A program made the position numbers and the translations under genes. The notes under the pieces were generated by a model, which saw nothing but the letters and a program-made list of their open reading frames with translations, made no database searches and had not been told where the DNA came from. From Microthyrium microscopicum (Eukaryota): 64,000 bases of DNA. Shown in pieces: positions 12,284-22,399 of the stretch. Each line of letters begins with the position of its first letter. Position 1 is the first letter of the stretch. The stretch spans positions 159,751-223,750 of the forward strand of contig MU004242.1 in assembly GCA_010405405.1 (NCBI GenBank). The letters are read 5' to 3'.

Positions 12284-12790
12284 CTACTGCGTATCTGCTG
12301 CAGCAAACTTTGCTGCTCTAAGCTTGCTTTCTTTGCACTGATGAAAATTGCCTAGATATCGGAACAAGGCATTGCGTGAATCAAAAGTTGTGCGGCAACT
12401 TCTGCATTCATGAACTCGCGGAGCATCTGTATTTGTCATCCAAGATACAAAGTTTACGTAGTAGCCTCCAGATTGATCCAGTCTCTCCTTGGGCTCCCTG
12501 GTCGAGCACATCAGTCTCTTTGTCTCCAAATCCAGCAAAGCTCCAATTGGTTCCAACATGTCCATTGCAATCAGAGGAGGTCCATCCGAATCCTCCACAA
12601 CCTGGAACTCCGCTTCAAAGTATAGCAGAGCCTTGGCTCCTTAATGATCGTAACCGTGGATGTAGATTGGTAGTTTGACATATGACCTTACCTGTATTGG
12701 CTTATCGTATGCACGGAAGGTCAATGGAGAACCTCGCGTCATGACGGCAGCGTTATGGTAGCCATCGCAATCGATGGGAGTAGATGTCGA
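12284..12790 (-). pseudogene. Decayed retropepsin-like (LTR-retroelement protease) fragment plus degenerate C2H2-like finger
   Basis: One frame reads SPLTFRAYDKPIQVRSYVKLPIYIHGYDH*GAKALLYFEAEFQVVEDSDGPPLIAMDMLEPIGALLDLETKRL...CRSCRTTFDSRNALFRYL, with an in-frame TAA at 12641-12643. No catalytic DTG/DSG motif seen. Confidence 0.5.
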
Positions 12791-12869
12791 GACGGCTCAA
12801 TTATTTTGTCCACGAAGAGAGTGTATTGTGAGAAGTGTTTAGTTCTATCGACGAATTCCTTCATCTTGT

Positions 12870-13561
12870 CTACAAGGCCAAAGCATAAGCACCCACGACC
12901 GTACCAAGAAGCAAGATCACCGATCTAAACGCATTATACTGCTTCCACTTAGCCGCCAATTCCTGCGTTGAGTGTCCTGCTTCCAAGTTCTTCGTCCCGC
13001 TTTCCTTACGGCTGTAGTTCAGCGCAATACTCTGTTGCGGACCTGCCGATTTGTCTGCCTTGATCGCCAATGCACCGTTGATGTAGCGTAAAGCTGTCCA
13101 GGCAAATACTGTGCCAGAGCCGGTGGTTACGGCTGCTGTCACGAACAATTGGCGAGCGAATGTGTCCGAGGCTAGAGAAGGTTAGTCATGGTAAAAGCAT
13201 GATGGGAATTACTGATAGAGAGACGGACTAATGTAGGCAAGGTAGGACCAGCTAAGGATGTTGATGACTGTTGCGGGCATGGCGATCTAAACAATCAGTT
13301 TCTGTATAGGTGAATCTCATTGCTGGAGGAGACGAACAAGGAAGCCTTTGAGATATTGGATTCGCCATTGTCGAGCTACTGTCACTTCGTCGGAAGCGGC
13401 GATTATCGCGGGCATAGCTGCGTCTGATAGTGCCCAAGTATATCCTTGAACTGTCAATTATGACTTTCTATTTATCCTTGGAGAAATATCTTACCTGCAA
13501 ATATTCCTGAACTCGATATACCCGCAACTTTGGCTAAGGAGGTGAGTGTGGGTAGTGCCAT
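12870..13561 (-). CDS. Small multi-pass membrane protein, DUF1772-like, copy B (tandem paralog)
   Basis: Closely similar to 10597-11316 (FAWTALRYINGAL.IKADK; W KQYNA.R; GTVVGAYALAL) with the same intron layout. Confidence 0.72.
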
Positions 13562-14154
13562 AATGATAGATAATAGAAATTCACATGCAACAAATATTAG
13601 AAATCTCAAAAACTGTCAAGTGAACGAGAGATCGTAGGGTCTATTCAAGTGAAAACCGATCAGTATTTATCAAAAATGGATACATTATCAGGGCTGACCG
13701 ATTGCGCAGTCATTGGGGACGTTTCGGCCGCTTTGTTGGAGAATTCCAGAACTCGGCGAATCAGCATTAAATAGTTCTTACATGTGCATGTGTTGGCCCC
13801 ATCTTCAGCCTGATTGTCATTTACACCAAGTCTCGCCGCCGTCTTGGAACACAATTAGTGAAATAAGCAGAAAAAATAAAGACAAATAGATTGGATGGGG
13901 GCTGGGAAAGGAGTTTGCATTCCGCTACCTCTGGATTTCGGCGGAGATGAGACATATTTGGATCATAGGTTGCGATTGACCTCTTGAAAATCGACAGTGG
14001 AGTTCTGACAATGAGGATAATAATGCAGAGTATGGTTGGCGGGAGGTTACGAAATTGAAGGCAGAAGAGGAATGTTCTATAAGAATTACAATTCGCTTCT
14101 CGATAGTTGAAATTGATGAACAAAAGGAAGTCAAAGAGCTAATATACACAACAA

Positions 14155-17100
14155 CTACCACCCCTCAAATATCGAATCCATCTTCTTCAGCAACTCCTCC
14201 TCCTTGACTTTACGTGACTTGGACAAATCATCCGGCGAAGGAGTGGGCTTCAACTGATTTAAGCTTGTCGATGAATTGGATACAGTCCCTTCCAATACCG
14301 CCAAACCGGCAAACACTGTTTGCGAAATGTCCCTCGATATGATCCGTGGCTGCTTTTGGGTGAAGGAAGCAGAACCAGGTTTCTTCTTCCGTTCCAATTT
14401 CGCTGCATTCAACAACGCATCCAAATCATCATCGTCAGTTCTCTGTGCCCTTTTTGCCGACACATCAGTATGCGGCTCCTTGACCAGGTGTCCCAGCTGC
14501 GCAATAGCCTCACTACGAGCACCCCAATCGACGTCTGCCTCTGATTCAGGAGCTTCACGAAGCAGCGACTCCAGATCATCTTCCCACTCAGCAAGCCTGT
14601 GGCCAGCTTTGGTTCGGACAGGGCGGGCCTTGGGCAGTGTACCTGCCGAGAGCAGGAATCTCAACATCCACGGATTCTTTATCGCTTGGTGAGCTGCTGC
14701 AGCGAGTTGCAGCTGTTGAGAACTTTCACGGTAGTCGGGCCGAACGGTTGGATATTGCACCATTCGCAGTTTGTGCGATAGCTTCAAGGCTTTATCTCTA
14801 GCAGCTCTGTATGCTTGTTCGCGGGAGCGAGACCTCATCATACCAACGACATGTCGTCGGATAGGAGGGCCTCTTGGGCTGAGATCAGAATTCACGCGAT
14901 TTAATACAGGAGACGTAAGTACAGGAGTAAACCCATACTTGAGCATGCTGTGGTTCTGTTGCCACGGATTTTGATGCTTCGCCAATGATCGGAAACCCCT
15001 GGTCTTGCTCTTAAATCGTCGAACTTGGATGCTCAGCTTCGACCGTGGAGCAGTTCGCTCACGTCGAACTTTTATGCGTATCATCTGGCTTACAGAGGGG
15101 CCATTGCCGCGAACGACTAGCCTCACTGTGGGATCTGGGGAGGCAGTGCTGGCAAAATACTTCCGTGAGAGACTGCCATCTTGCTCCTGCTTGCGTCGCT
15201 TTGACCATGATCTGGTAAGTATAGCCTCGTCCGATAGAAGCTTATCATATGCGTGTTGGAACAAGATTCTGGCTTTTTTATAATAAGACTGCAGATGTTG
15301 CTTCGCGGCTGCTTGATATCGGCGGCGTCTGAGGTGCCGATCTGGCATTTTCCTGGAGACGATTGGCGGTCTGTGTATGGGATCGTACTTTGACAGAAGA
15401 CTATTAACCTGCCTTATTGTGGTATGCTTACTCTCGGAATGGACAGAGGTGTGACGTGTGATTGACAGGAACTTGCCGGAACTGGGTGATGGCTTACTAT
15501 CGGATAGGCGTTTTGTTAGGTAACTGCCAGCTTGCCTTGGACTAGGAGACTCGGCATAGACAGAAGGTTCCTCTTTGTTTGTGTTGTGAAGGGAGATCCG
15601 AGCTTTGGGTACCTTGTACATGGTTAAGGCAGGCTTAGAGGATGTATCAGGCCATGTGCGGTGCCTCCGGATGGTGTGAAATTTCGAGAGCGTCCGCGAG
15701 ATCCGAAGTCTGGGTGCCTCATACATGGCAAGACCAGGCTTAGGAGACTTAGCAGGCCGTCTGCGTTGCTTCTGGATAGTGGGAGATGTCGGGAACTTCC
15801 GCACAGGGGGTTTCCCCAGGCCTGATGGTACTTTGCGTTGCAAAAGAGCGGAAAAGATATGCTCTTTCAGCTTGGGATGGGAGGCTGGCCAAAGAACAGA
15901 AGCCGCATCAACGAATCGGCTATCAACAACAGCTTCGTGTTTTTCAATAATTCGCACAAAAGGCATAACTGTGATTTCGGTGACCCAGGCCTTTGCGTTG
16001 CTGCTGGGTGGAAAGCTGCCAATAACAAGATCTTCTGTATTCTGTTGATTCCACGAATTATCAAGCGGGAACCAGTTAAGATCGAAGTTCTTAGAATAAA
16101 ACGGGTCGTTGAAGAAAGCTATGCTCTCAGGCTTCAATGGTTTGAAATTCGAATCCTGGGTATCAATCTCTTGAGTTATATCCAAATTTTGGGCAGAAGA
16201 AGATGAAGGACTATCCATCGTAATATCTTTGCCAAGATGAAGCATGTTGCCCAGACTACACTGTCTCCAGGATAGATCTGCCGTCTTGTCGAGAAAGGAT
16301 GTGTCATTCTTTGGTAGAGCAGGCTGTGATAGTTGCGAATGAAATTCTAAAGGCATGTCCTGTCCCTTTTTAATCGGTGAGCCTTTTGAGATGGAAAACT
16401 GTGTCTTCCGTTTCTCGATATTTTCAACCAGCGTATGTTTACGCAAGACCAGATGAGTAAGACCTTTTTTTATGATCATGCGCCTTGGTTGTTCAAAGAG
16501 CTCCAGATGTGGAATTATTGGTTCCTGAGTGTTGGGTTGATTCTTAGTTGCCTTCAACGCTTTTCGCATCTCCTTCCGCATCTTATTCCGTTCCTTGAGT
16601 CTTTCGAATCTCTGTTCCATTAACTGTGGCACCGGCCTTTTCCACATGGCCATATTGTGCTCTGTTGCACGGGGTGCACGTGGTTTTCTGATCTCCAAAA
16701 GATTTGTTGTCGTTGAAATTTTGAACCGCTCCGATGGTCGCTGCTGACCGAGTTGGTATTGACTTCCATTTGCAATCAACGACTGTTTCTCAAGCGCTTC
16801 GACGCGCAATTCCGTGCCTTCTCCTTCCTCGTGTTTTTCAAAGAGCTCACGTTTCTCTGCCACGGATGGTTTTGCTGCCTTCTTAAGCGCATGGTTAAAC
16901 AAATGTGCAGTCCGGGTGGGCATTTCAGCTGTTGCATGTCGTATGATGTTCACGACTGGCACTTCGACTTGTCCTGAATTCAATTCGTGGCTTTCAACGG
17001 CAGAGAAACCATGCTGCTTTGTCGGCAGGTTTTTTGTGGACCACTTGGAAATCTTAGGAGTTGGGTTGGCAGTTGTGTTGACTACTTCAATAAAACTGTC

Positions 17101-17289
17101 AAGCCCTCTCCAAGCTTCCAGTGACCTTCTCGCTGCAGCCGCATTTTGACTGTCGGGTTTCTTCTCGATCATTTGACTTGAATGCTTGAGCGACTTCATG
17201 ATCCAAGATTGCCACCGTTGCTTGATTTTATCCCTTTCAGACTGCAGGTCATTAGATGGTGAGTCCTTAGACACCAAGTCCTTAGACAT
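14155..17289 (-). CDS. 1044-aa basic low-complexity ORF; probably a readthrough extension of the upstream polymerase gene
   Basis: Uninterrupted 3.1-kb ORF, in frame with the upstream ORF and only 24 nt past its stop, leaving no room for its own intergenic promoter. K/R/S/P-rich with no recognisable domain. Confidence 0.7.
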   Translation of the reverse strand: MSKDLVSKDSPSNDLQSERDKIKQRWQSWIMKSLKHSSQMIEKKPDSQNAAAARRSLEAWRGLDSFIEVVNTTANPTPKISKWSTKNLPTKQHGFSAVESHELNSGQVEVPVVNIIRHATAEMPTRTAHLFNHALKKAAKPSVAEKRELFEKHEEGEGTELRVEALEKQSLIANGSQYQLGQQRPSERFKISTTTNLLEIRKPRAPRATEHNMAMWKRPVPQLMEQRFERLKERNKMRKEMRKALKATKNQPNTQEPIIPHLELFEQPRRMIIKKGLTHLVLRKHTLVENIEKRKTQFSISKGSPIKKGQDMPLEFHSQLSQPALPKNDTSFLDKTADLSWRQCSLGNMLHLGKDITMDSPSSSSAQNLDITQEIDTQDSNFKPLKPESIAFFNDPFYSKNFDLNWFPLDNSWNQQNTEDLVIGSFPPSSNAKAWVTEITVMPFVRIIEKHEAVVDSRFVDAASVLWPASHPKLKEHIFSALLQRKVPSGLGKPPVRKFPTSPTIQKQRRRPAKSPKPGLAMYEAPRLRISRTLSKFHTIRRHRTWPDTSSKPALTMYKVPKARISLHNTNKEEPSVYAESPSPRQAGSYLTKRLSDSKPSPSSGKFLSITRHTSVHSESKHTTIRQVNSLLSKYDPIHRPPIVSRKMPDRHLRRRRYQAAAKQHLQSYYKKARILFQHAYDKLLSDEAILTRSWSKRRKQEQDGSLSRKYFASTASPDPTVRLVVRGNGPSVSQMIRIKVRRERTAPRSKLSIQVRRFKSKTRGFRSLAKHQNPWQQNHSMLKYGFTPVLTSPVLNRVNSDLSPRGPPIRRHVVGMMRSRSREQAYRAARDKALKLSHKLRMVQYPTVRPDYRESSQQLQLAAAAHQAIKNPWMLRFLLSAGTLPKARPVRTKAGHRLAEWEDDLESLLREAPESEADVDWGARSEAIAQLGHLVKEPHTDVSAKRAQRTDDDDLDALLNAAKLERKKKPGSASFTQKQPRIISRDISQTVFAGLAVLEGTVSNSSTSLNQLKPTPSPDDLSKSRKVKEEELLKKMDSIFEGW

Positions 17290-17313
17290 CGAGTCCTCAT
17301 CACCATCACCTAG

Positions 17314-19974
17314 TCACGGACTTTGCGGCGATTCGTCCGACAGGGCTGAAGATTGCTGTGTTTTGGAGGTAGCAGTGTTGTTATTTGAACCATTCTTGCT
17401 GGAAAGATCGGAATCCTTGAACCGAAGCCCGCCCTTTTCATTGCTGAATCGAATAAGACTGCGAGCAATGCGGGCTCTTCGTCGTTGGCCTTGATGATTG
17501 CGTGTCCACGGCGACGATGAAAACTGCCGTCGCTGCTCTATCGAACCAGTCACCTGCGATTGTGTGCTCGCAGATTGTGTACTTGTCGGCGGTGCTTGAA
17601 ACGGGTCCGGCACAATTTCCAACAATGAGGTGTCTGTCAGCTCTTCAGGATTGTCAATCGTCTCCAAATCTTGGAAGCCATCATCCGGCACCTGACTAGC
17701 TACGCTGGTTTTGTCCTCTGGTATATCCTCAAGTGAGAGAATTCGTTCGTTTGTCTTCAACTTTCCATCGTGCACGAGTCCCCGCCCATACTCCTGGCCA
17801 CGCTGACGATCTTTCGAGAAAGTGGCATGATAATCGCCTAAAGCTGTATCCAAGAAAGTTTGTAGGCCATCACCCTGCTCTGAGAGTTCCAATTTTCCAG
17901 TAAGGTCCTTGTGCAGAAATCTGAAAGTGGCAGCGATGTGTTTCCATTCAAAGGTCTTGTGGCCCAGATCGTTGTGTTTGTCGGCCGGATCTTGGATGCA
18001 AGGCAGAAATTGCATAGTTGGATTGGCCAAAGTAAGCTCAGCGAGAGCATGTTCATAGCGCTGCTCGTTTGTGTTTGGGTAAGGTAGGGGTGGAATGTCG
18101 GTGACTTGCTTCAACTTTGGTCTCAGAGTTCCTAGCGGAGAAGCACAAACTGCCAGATGGTAAGTATCGAGATTGCCCCAGTAATCCAGATATTTCAGCA
18201 AGTTTTGTGTGAGACCAGTATTTGCCGAATCCTGGAGTTTGAGAGTGGTAGCAACCATTACGACCAAAGGATACGAACCAAGGCCCCCAGAGAAAACATC
18301 GGTCAGACCACGGATATGGAGCATAGACTTGATGAAAGCATACATGGGTCGAAAATGTGCATGTTTTTGATAGCCCTTGACCAGAGAAATTGGGATTTTA
18401 CTGGTGTTGCATGCGACAACCTGAACAAGAACCCCGGAACGCTTATGCACAGTCGTAATCAATGGGTATCTGGCATACACAAGTTTTGGCCAAGTGAATC
18501 CTTGTTTAGGCAAATTGGTTCCGATAGCACGTAGCAATTTGAAGGCTTTGAGTTTGGCAGCCCTGCTGGGAGACCACCATGTCTCGGAATTATTCTTGTC
18601 GTAAACTCGGATATCAACATCGGATGTCGCAAGTGCAGTACCAGTGACAGTAGACCCAAATATTTGAGACTTGTACTGTCCACCTGAAGCATATATCTTT
18701 TTGGAAACCAGGCTGACAGTTGTCTTGATTATGTTGGCGACTACCAGCCGACTAGCAGCTTCTTCAGTGGTTGGGTACGCATACTGGGAGAATTGTTCGA
18801 TTTCAGCCTCCAGCCCGGCAGTCCCTTTGAGAGGACTGTCGTCTGTAAGCCAAGGATATTGAGGGAGATCTTCAGTGACTGCATCGGGCAATGCGCGTGG
18901 CTGTACGGCAAGTCCAGTATAATCCAACTGGCTATTGTTTTCTTCTGAATTGCTAACTGTTGCAACAATTTTCGAGGCGTCGATATCGCCATAGAAGCTG
19001 AGATGACCAAACACGGCCTGCCCCTTCTTGAATTTTGCAAAAGGGGATTTTATATGGCTTTGCCCACTATCATCTCGAGATATAGTTCTGTACGATATAG
19101 GCACTCGTTGTGTCTGAATTTTCGACCCGTTGAACAGCGCTTCTGATGGAGGACCAAGAGCGGCGTTGCCATCAGTCTGGTCGAGGAGCTTTGATATTTT
19201 CGAAGGCGCCCCAGGTACTGTCGGAGTAGTATCAAGGGTTTCATTACGACCATACTCGTTGTGATTGGTATAGTATAGTACTCGCTTCATAGGACTTTCA
19301 GGATTCTTGGGTCTCGTATTTCCATTAAGAGGTCTTATAACTCCATACGAGCTTTTGGCACCTCGCGCGGGAGGTGAAGCAGGTTGGTTGTCGGGTTCGA
19401 TAATACTTCGCATAGACTGTGACGGCTGGTTCCAGAAAAGTGAGAATTGATCAGTCTTCCCATCTAAGAGTTTTGCACGCATAGGTACAGTTTGAGCCGT
19501 GGAGCCTTCATCTTTTGGTAAAAGAAGTTTGCGCACTGGTTTCTTTACATGAATTGATGATTTGCCCAACAAGAGCTTACGATCAAAAGTGTTCTTCACG
19601 CTGCCATCTGATGGGCTCTGGTGAATTGGGGATGACAAATGCCGCTCGGATGATGTAGCATATTTCTTCTTCCGTGTCTCTGTAGACCCCCTTGCAGTTG
19701 ATAATCTTGTGCTTTCCCGTTTTTCTTTGGGCGCGGGTTGACTGAGCCGGTTTTTCTGTCGCAGTTCTTGAAGAGCTTGGAGGAGTCGACCGCCCGTGGC
19801 AGTACTTGCTACCTGTGTATCGTCGCTGCCTTGAACATGAGTCGCCGACTGGGAGGCATAGTAACGAGCGAATGATAGGGGTTTGGGATTGTGTATGAAG
19901 ATATCACGAAGGGCGTGATGAAGGCTAAAGGCATTGATGGACAGGCAAGCCGCCTGGTGGCGAGCAAGCGGCAT
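17314..19974 (-). CDS. Non-canonical poly(A) polymerase / terminal nucleotidyltransferase (Trf4/PAPD5/Cid family), predicted mitochondrial
   Basis: IFGSTVTGTALATSDVDIRV (GS...DxD), YARYPLI, GGLGSYPLVVMV, and CIQDPADKHNDLG (PAP-associated motif). Presequence-like N-terminus ending ARYYAS. Confidence 0.88.
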   Translation of the reverse strand: MPLARHQAACLSINAFSLHHALRDIFIHNPKPLSFARYYASQSATHVQGSDDTQVASTATGGRLLQALQELRQKNRLSQPAPKEKRESTRLSTARGSTETRKKKYATSSERHLSSPIHQSPSDGSVKNTFDRKLLLGKSSIHVKKPVRKLLLPKDEGSTAQTVPMRAKLLDGKTDQFSLFWNQPSQSMRSIIEPDNQPASPPARGAKSSYGVIRPLNGNTRPKNPESPMKRVLYYTNHNEYGRNETLDTTPTVPGAPSKISKLLDQTDGNAALGPPSEALFNGSKIQTQRVPISYRTISRDDSGQSHIKSPFAKFKKGQAVFGHLSFYGDIDASKIVATVSNSEENNSQLDYTGLAVQPRALPDAVTEDLPQYPWLTDDSPLKGTAGLEAEIEQFSQYAYPTTEEAASRLVVANIIKTTVSLVSKKIYASGGQYKSQIFGSTVTGTALATSDVDIRVYDKNNSETWWSPSRAAKLKAFKLLRAIGTNLPKQGFTWPKLVYARYPLITTVHKRSGVLVQVVACNTSKIPISLVKGYQKHAHFRPMYAFIKSMLHIRGLTDVFSGGLGSYPLVVMVATTLKLQDSANTGLTQNLLKYLDYWGNLDTYHLAVCASPLGTLRPKLKQVTDIPPLPYPNTNEQRYEHALAELTLANPTMQFLPCIQDPADKHNDLGHKTFEWKHIAATFRFLHKDLTGKLELSEQGDGLQTFLDTALGDYHATFSKDRQRGQEYGRGLVHDGKLKTNERILSLEDIPEDKTSVASQVPDDGFQDLETIDNPEELTDTSLLEIVPDPFQAPPTSTQSASTQSQVTGSIEQRRQFSSSPWTRNHQGQRRRARIARSLIRFSNEKGGLRFKDSDLSSKNGSNNNTATSKTQQSSALSDESPQSP

Positions 19975-20563
19975 ATAGATAATGAAAAGAAGATCAGCAA
20001 CGCAGTGCCATGACCCAACAAAAGAATTGATGCTCTACTACCGCGCTGTGCTTGTCAAGGAGGAATCAGAAAATTTGGATATGTACTCGGTAGTCCAGTC
20101 GCTGAACTTGGAGCTTGAGAAAAGATTTAGGAGAGCTTGGGCTAGTGAGCTAGTCTGAATACGCTCTAGCGCAAAGTATTGTAAAATATAGACCAAAGGG
20201 TACTAGTACGACATATGCCAACTCACTCAGATGTCCAACACCATCTCTTGCTTCACCACTACTGCATCAATAATGCTCTCGCCAGCCCGTTTAGCCTATC
20301 TCGTTAGACTAAACCCAACCTACGCTCTGACTTGCTGCCGTTGCGCCTCAAATATCTGACTGGGCGACTTTGAGCCGCCTGTCAGCCAATTGGACTGGCC
20401 ATCTTAAGCAGCCTGTCATTTCCCCTGACTGGGTGTATAACTGTAGATTTATTTTCTCATTTCAGTACAAAAGACTACCTTGACTGCTTGAAAAGCCCTC
20501 GTAGCGCTTTCATGTTTTTTACCAATTTCATACAAGTCTTGGAAAGTCTCCAAATTACGTTTC

Positions 20564-22399
20564 ATGGCCGATATTCAAACTCTCAATGGAAAATACTCTC
20601 AGTCCACTTTACGGCAGTGGATTCTTTGTTTGTATGCTAGCTTCAACATCGACACGCTGATGCACCTGCTTACTTGTAATTATTAGTGTAGTATGCAACT
20701 TCAACGTCGATATTGGTAGGTTGTTCCTTGATACAATAATGGTATCTGTAACAATTTTCCCCATCTACCTCCATAATATTTCTACGTAGACCAAACTAAC
20801 TTCATAGCAGGACCTGAAGTTGAAGTCGTATATCCCTCTGACACACCATTTTCAGCTGTAGACCTTTCTACTATATGTTTCGACAGTTTTCCTGAACGGC
20901 ACGATGGCGAAATCACTGAAGACATGTACTATAATTTCACATTGAGAAACAACTCGCCTGATATCAATTTGACTTCACCATCACCACCCTACGGAAGTCC
21001 TGAATCATTCCATGGCGTTACAGTCTTTAGACAAGAGTATGATGGCTCTAGCAAGAGACGGTTCAATCAAAAGAGCCTGGTCATAATATCCAACCACGAA
21101 TTCTCTTCATTCTTTATGAACCTCCTAAGAGTCATCGTCACTGGAAGTAATATCGGCGACATCACGAGGCTCGAGTCTGCTTGTGCCCAGATTGAAGGAT
21201 GGCCACCTCCAAGAATCGGAACTCAAGAACTCCCTTTTCTTGGGGGTAAGATGGTTCTCGAAATGTACGTCTATTCTACTTACCCCTATATCCAACTAAC
21301 AAGTTTCAGCCCACCATATCAATCATTTCCCCTCTCAGGGCTCCCGTCTCCATTATCAGCAAGCACTTCACTCCTTTCTCATGTATCTGCCTACGAGCCA
21401 ACCGAGAACTGGCCCTCTCTACTCCCGCTCCTGCACTCCCCAGCAACTCTCTACATCCTCTACGAACGCCTCCTTCTCGGCGACCCCATTATTGTCCTCG
21501 GCACGTCCCCATCCCACGTCTCCGCCATCATAACCGCCCTCACCGACCTAATCCGCCCCATCCCCTACGCCGGCACCATACGCCCCTATCTACCCATGCA
21601 GTCCACGGGCCTCATGGGTGAAGCCGCTCTCTTCGACCCATCAGCCTACACCACCCCTTACATCGCCGGCATAACGAACCCGTTCCTTCTCCAACGCCTC
21701 TCCACACCCAATATACCAAACATCAGCACACCATACATCCTCGCACTATCCTCGCCACCAACCGCACCCAATCTCAATGCACCAAACACAACCACGCCAT
21801 CCAGCGGCTACTCCATTCTCCATCCCTCACGCAGTCTACGCCACCGCCATTCTTCTAGGAGGATAGACGTCCCAGGCACACCGATAAAAAGCCAACCAAA
21901 ACCAATCCACCACCTAAAAGCAGACCGCACATTCCTCACCGCTCTATCCGACGCACACTCCGGCGATGCCAGTGCAGCGCTAGGAGTACGCAGACATTTC
22001 GCTGATTTGACAGCGAAGTTACTCGCGCCCGCGAACCGGTTCCTTGCGACGGGGGCGGATGCTAGTGCCGCAATCGCAGTCAGCCAAGCGAGCGGAGCGA
22101 GTCAAGTGAGAGGAGTGAAAGTAGTGAACAATGAGGGTGAAGCGATGGGCTATGAAAGCAAAGTAGAGATTCAAATGGCAGTTGAGGCAGGCGAAGTCTC
22201 AAATTTCAGCGTCGATGCCTTTCTCCTCGCTCTTGAATCCCAAGTGCCAGCACCATTTGTGGGGCAGACAGTACGCGGACGGCAGCGGTCGCGGGATGCG
22301 TTTTATGCGCGGTTTTGTGCGAGTGGGAACTTTGAGGCGTGGTTGGAGTTGAGGAGGGCTAATGAGCGGTTGGGAGGAGCTGGGTTGTTGGGTGGATGA
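20564..22399 (+). CDS. DENN-domain protein (DENND6/FAM116-like), multi-exon
   Basis: Spliced N-terminus WILCFVVCNFNVDIGPEVEVVYP...ICFDSFPE; also FRQEYD...RRFNQKSLVIIS, LLLGDPIIV, IAGITNPF and RRHFADLT..LLAP. Confidence 0.85.

Noticed and set aside
17290..17400. Intron removing the TGA between the two long ORFs
   Set aside because: Nearby donors (GTCCGT, GTCGGA, GTTCAA) are weak or give introns that are too short, and TGAC is directly adjacent to the TAG acceptor. Not excluded without RNA data.
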